Source: Selaginella moellendorffii (lineage: Eukaryota; Plantae; Lycopodiophyta). Taken from it: DNA of 64,000 bases. The DNA is taken from positions 428,676-492,675 of the forward strand of contig NW_003314364.1 in assembly GCF_000143415.4 (NCBI RefSeq), in the 5' to 3' direction. Below the pieces are notes generated by a model, which was not told the origin of the DNA, did no database searches, and worked only from the letters and a program-made list of their open reading frames with translations. Both the position numbers and the translations under genes were made by a program. Positions within the stretch are counted from its first letter, which is position 1, and each line of letters starts with the position of its first letter. Below are positions 60,828 through 64,000 of this stretch, piece by piece.

Positions 60828-61348
60828 TTCTTTTCTTTCGTTTTTTGGTGCAAGTTCGCAATTCCTGACAACGAATGCAAGGCAACACCGCGGGTGCAGA
60901 GGGGGTTTACCATAAGTCTGTAGTTGTTCCCAGGACGAATTTTATCTTGATTTTAGAAGAGAATAAGACTTCGATTAATATGACATGACATGGCAGCTTG
61001 CTTGTCCACGCGCCACGCTGGCGATGTGGGGAAACGCGCTATGCGTCGATTGACTCCGGGCGGGAGGAATGGTGCTTGTAGCGGTGGAGGAGATGGGCGA
61101 CGACTGCAACACACTCGTATCAAGCCCAAGCCCGAGTCGAGACGTGGCACCCGCGCTCGAGCTTAACTTCCCTTCCTGTCACCCGCTCGTGGCGGCACAC
61201 TACCACCTGCACATACCCGCAGTGCCACTGTTTGAGCACGGTAATCTTGTGCACAGCATGATTGCAATTTGCAACACCTGTGCATGCAGCCGAGCAAGTC
61301 ATCGCCACACGATACCGGTTGGCGACGCAACAGCAGCAGCGTAGCAGC

Positions 61349-64000
61349 ATGGACGTGGGCACGCAGATTGCATCCTACGCGGATCAAGTCAAGGAGATGA
61401 AAGGGAGGATCAACTGGCTGCAGGAAAGCTTGCGGCGGTCGTCGGGAGCGGCTGCCCAGGAGCACACGGAGAACTTGGGTAAATTCTTTGCCGTCCAGTC
61501 CGTTAAGGTTGAAGAGCTAGGCCAGCAGATAGATGTCTTTTCTGAGGAGTTGCGGCAGTGGGAGGAGGCCGAAAATCCCACCGATGACAATCGCTTGTCC
61601 TCGTTGGCTCGCACAGTGATCCAGGAGGCTACCAGGGACAGGGCTGCCGGCCAAACGGTGAGGATCCAGCTGTCGGATCTAGTCCAGCAGCGGGAGCAGC
61701 GACGAGATCAGAGCCCGTGCCTGAGCATTAGCAGGAATGACTTGGAGATGAAGCGCAAGGCAATGGGGGCGAGGGTGGCCAGGGCTGCCAAGCACGAGGC
61801 CAAGCGCAGGAAGGTGCAAGAGGTGAAGTTCCCTTTCAAGGTTGGTATTCCTGCCGCCACGAGGCCTCAGGGTGGCGTTCGCACGGGTCAGCTGAGGAGG
61901 AGCAACAAGAGCATCCTGAATGGCACGGCGGCTGGCGTGCAGGGCTGCATCAACAGCCTGCAAAGGGAGGTTCTGCGGCTCAAGGAGATTGTCGAGGACA
62001 GGGACCAGCAACTGTGTGCGGAGCAGCGCCAGAGATATGACTTGGAGAAGAGGCATGCTGTCGAGGTAAGGGCGTTTCTCATGGAGGCCGAGGATAGGAC
62101 ACGGCAGTTCAAGTTTGAGCAGGCCCTTGCGGAAAACAAAATCTCCAACCTGTTAGCTGAGCTAGAGCGGCCAAGGGTGGTGGAGGTGGAACATGCACAA
62201 GAGCAGCACAAAGCCGCTCTTGACGCTGATAACAACATTGAGGTTGTGGTGGAACAGCCCGATGATGCCAAGGGCGCTGACGATCCTGATGCAGTGGTGG
62301 AGGCTGTCCAGAAGCGGAGGCAGCAGCAGCAGCAAGAGGATGACGAGGTCCCCGTTGCTAGTACGCAAGACCAGATGGATACGGATAATGTCAACCGCCA
62401 GGTCCCGGTAACTAGCGGGCCTGTCGCGTGTAGCAGCCGATTCTACGGAAGGGAGATCGCCATCAACGGCACCCAGCTCAGGCAAGCACTCAAGCTCAAG
62501 AGCATTGCCGAGGCCAAGGCTGAGAACCTCAAGAGGCAAGTTAATGCTCTCAAGAAGCTCGCCGGGGAGTTGCAACACGAACAGCAGCAGCACAGCCGAC
62601 ACAGGAGAGAGAGCGGGAGCAGCGACGTGGAGAGATTGCAGGCCCAGCTGCTGCAGTTGAAGAAGCAGCTGGCTGACAAGACGAGGGAGCTCGAGGCTGA
62701 GCAAAGTAAGCGAAGCGATGAAGCTAGAGAGAGGGCGGCGGCAGTGGCGAGGCTGGAAATCGAGGTTGGTACTTGCCTTCCCCCATTGTCACAATGCAGT
62801 TACAAGTGTACGTTGTAGGTTGTGTTGCACAAGAACCTGGCCTCCGAGTTGAAGGCTGAAAAAAAGCAGCGGTGCAAAGTTGAGAGCCAGTTAAAGGATA
62901 TCCGGTGTCATATGGAAGATCACGCTAAACAGGATCATTGGCGGCAGCAGAGCTACGATGCCATCTCGCACAAGCAAAACCGACGGCTTCAGCTCAGCCT
63001 CAAGAAGTCAAGGCACAAGTATGAGCAGCTGCATGACTTCTGGAGAAAGGAGCAAGGGTGTAGGCTGTCGTCGGACAGTCGGTGCCACAGGCTCCACGTC
63101 TTGTGCTCCACTACGGCCGAGAGGCTGGATGAGCTAAAAGATCTATTGGTGGAGCTCGAGGCTCAACAGCGTCCGAGAGAACAAGCCAAGTGGCACGCAT
63201 GTAGTCACCAGGACATGCCGGACTTACGTTTCAGCCGATTGGACGGCCCAGGTACCATGGGAGAGGATTCCAAGCTTGAGACGTCAGAGAAGCTGCTCTT
63301 TTTGCTGGACAAGCTTGCAAAAGGACTGGATGACGAGCAGCAGCAGCAGCAGCATGGCGGCGGCGAGAGCGCTGGCGAGCGCGAAGCGTTGGTGTCTGGA
63401 ATGAGGAAGAAAGTGAGCGACTTGGCGAGGTTGCTGAGGGACGAATTGCAGGACAGGGATAGCGGTGACGAAGCGGAGCAGCAGGAGCAGCAGCAAGGCC
63501 TGACGGCGGAGCAGCAGCTGGCACAGCTGGGGCGGGTGTGCGAGTTGCAGGGCAAGAAGTTGCGAGCGGCGGAGGGGAGGGTGGCGGTGCTCAAGAAGCA
63601 CGTGTCACGGCTCAGGCGAGTGGCGGACGAGACTAGCAAAGAGCTGGAGCACGAGAGGTCGTGGAATCAGCCGCAGCACCAGAGCAGCAGGAACAACAGC
63701 AGCAGCAGCCTCGCCCGGATCAAGCTGCTAGAGATACAGCTGCTCGAGTACAAGCGGCAGGCAGAGGACAAGGCCAAGGATCTCAAGCACGAGCGCAGCC
63801 TGAGGTTCGACCTCGAGAGCCGCAGCGCCACCCACATCCAGCACCTCCTGCAACAACTCGACGAGCATGATGTCGAGCGCCAGGACGTGTGCGTCCAGGT
63901 GCAAGAAGAAGATCCGGTTGAGGCCATGCACGTCTTTGTGCTGGAGCTGCTGGTCGGGGAGAAGTCCGAGGCTCTGGCGCACGAGAGGCGGGAGAGAGGC
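61349..64000 (+). CDS. Long coiled-coil protein of unknown family (3' end beyond window)
   Basis: ATG at 61349; exon to 62764; GT-AG intron 62765-62818; frame then appears open to the window end; E/Q/K/R/L-rich heptads. Confidence 0.75.

Noticed and set aside
60900-61348. Short overlapping ORFs between DTC and the coiled-coil gene
   Set aside because: No recognisable domain; the ORF-track start at 61262 is TTG, so this is probably UTR or promoter.

Overview
Eukaryotic plant genomic DNA, most likely a lycophyte such as Selaginella (inference: ~50-60 bp introns, intergenic gaps under 350 bp, and land-plant WRKY/PPR genes next to the flagellar gene GAS8/DRC4). The window has two sharply separated halves. 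(1) About 1-31.45 kb is a nest of LTR retroelements. It is dominated by one non-autonomous Ty3/gypsy-derived family (family A): ~1.8 kb TG..CA LTRs with an internal minisatellite, a tRNA-iMet PBS, a PPT, 5-bp TSDs and a 4.1 kb internal domain with no long ORF. One very young complete copy sits at 20956-28608. The nest also holds a 5S-bearing Cassandra-type TRIM plus a solo LTR, and a second LTR family (B) with 67-bp terminal inverted repeats. (2) About 32.9-64 kb is a gene island with no recognisable TEs: ArfGAP (AGD8/9/10-like), an AT4G16180/KNS3-family membrane protein, a P-type PPR, VPS26, a group I WRKY, ATM, GAS8/DRC4, an ARG1-like DnaJ, DTC, and a coiled-coil gene running off the end. 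The most striking observation is that the family A internal domain and LTR form a nearly back-to-back chain of short stem-loops laid over a deletion-riddled pol relic, with stems conserved between copies. Also notable: the PPR gene's 3' end is an inverted copy of the neighbouring ArfGAP's last exons, and the ArfGAP's proximal ATG is out of frame. All calls are from reading the sequence by eye; no searches or folding were run.
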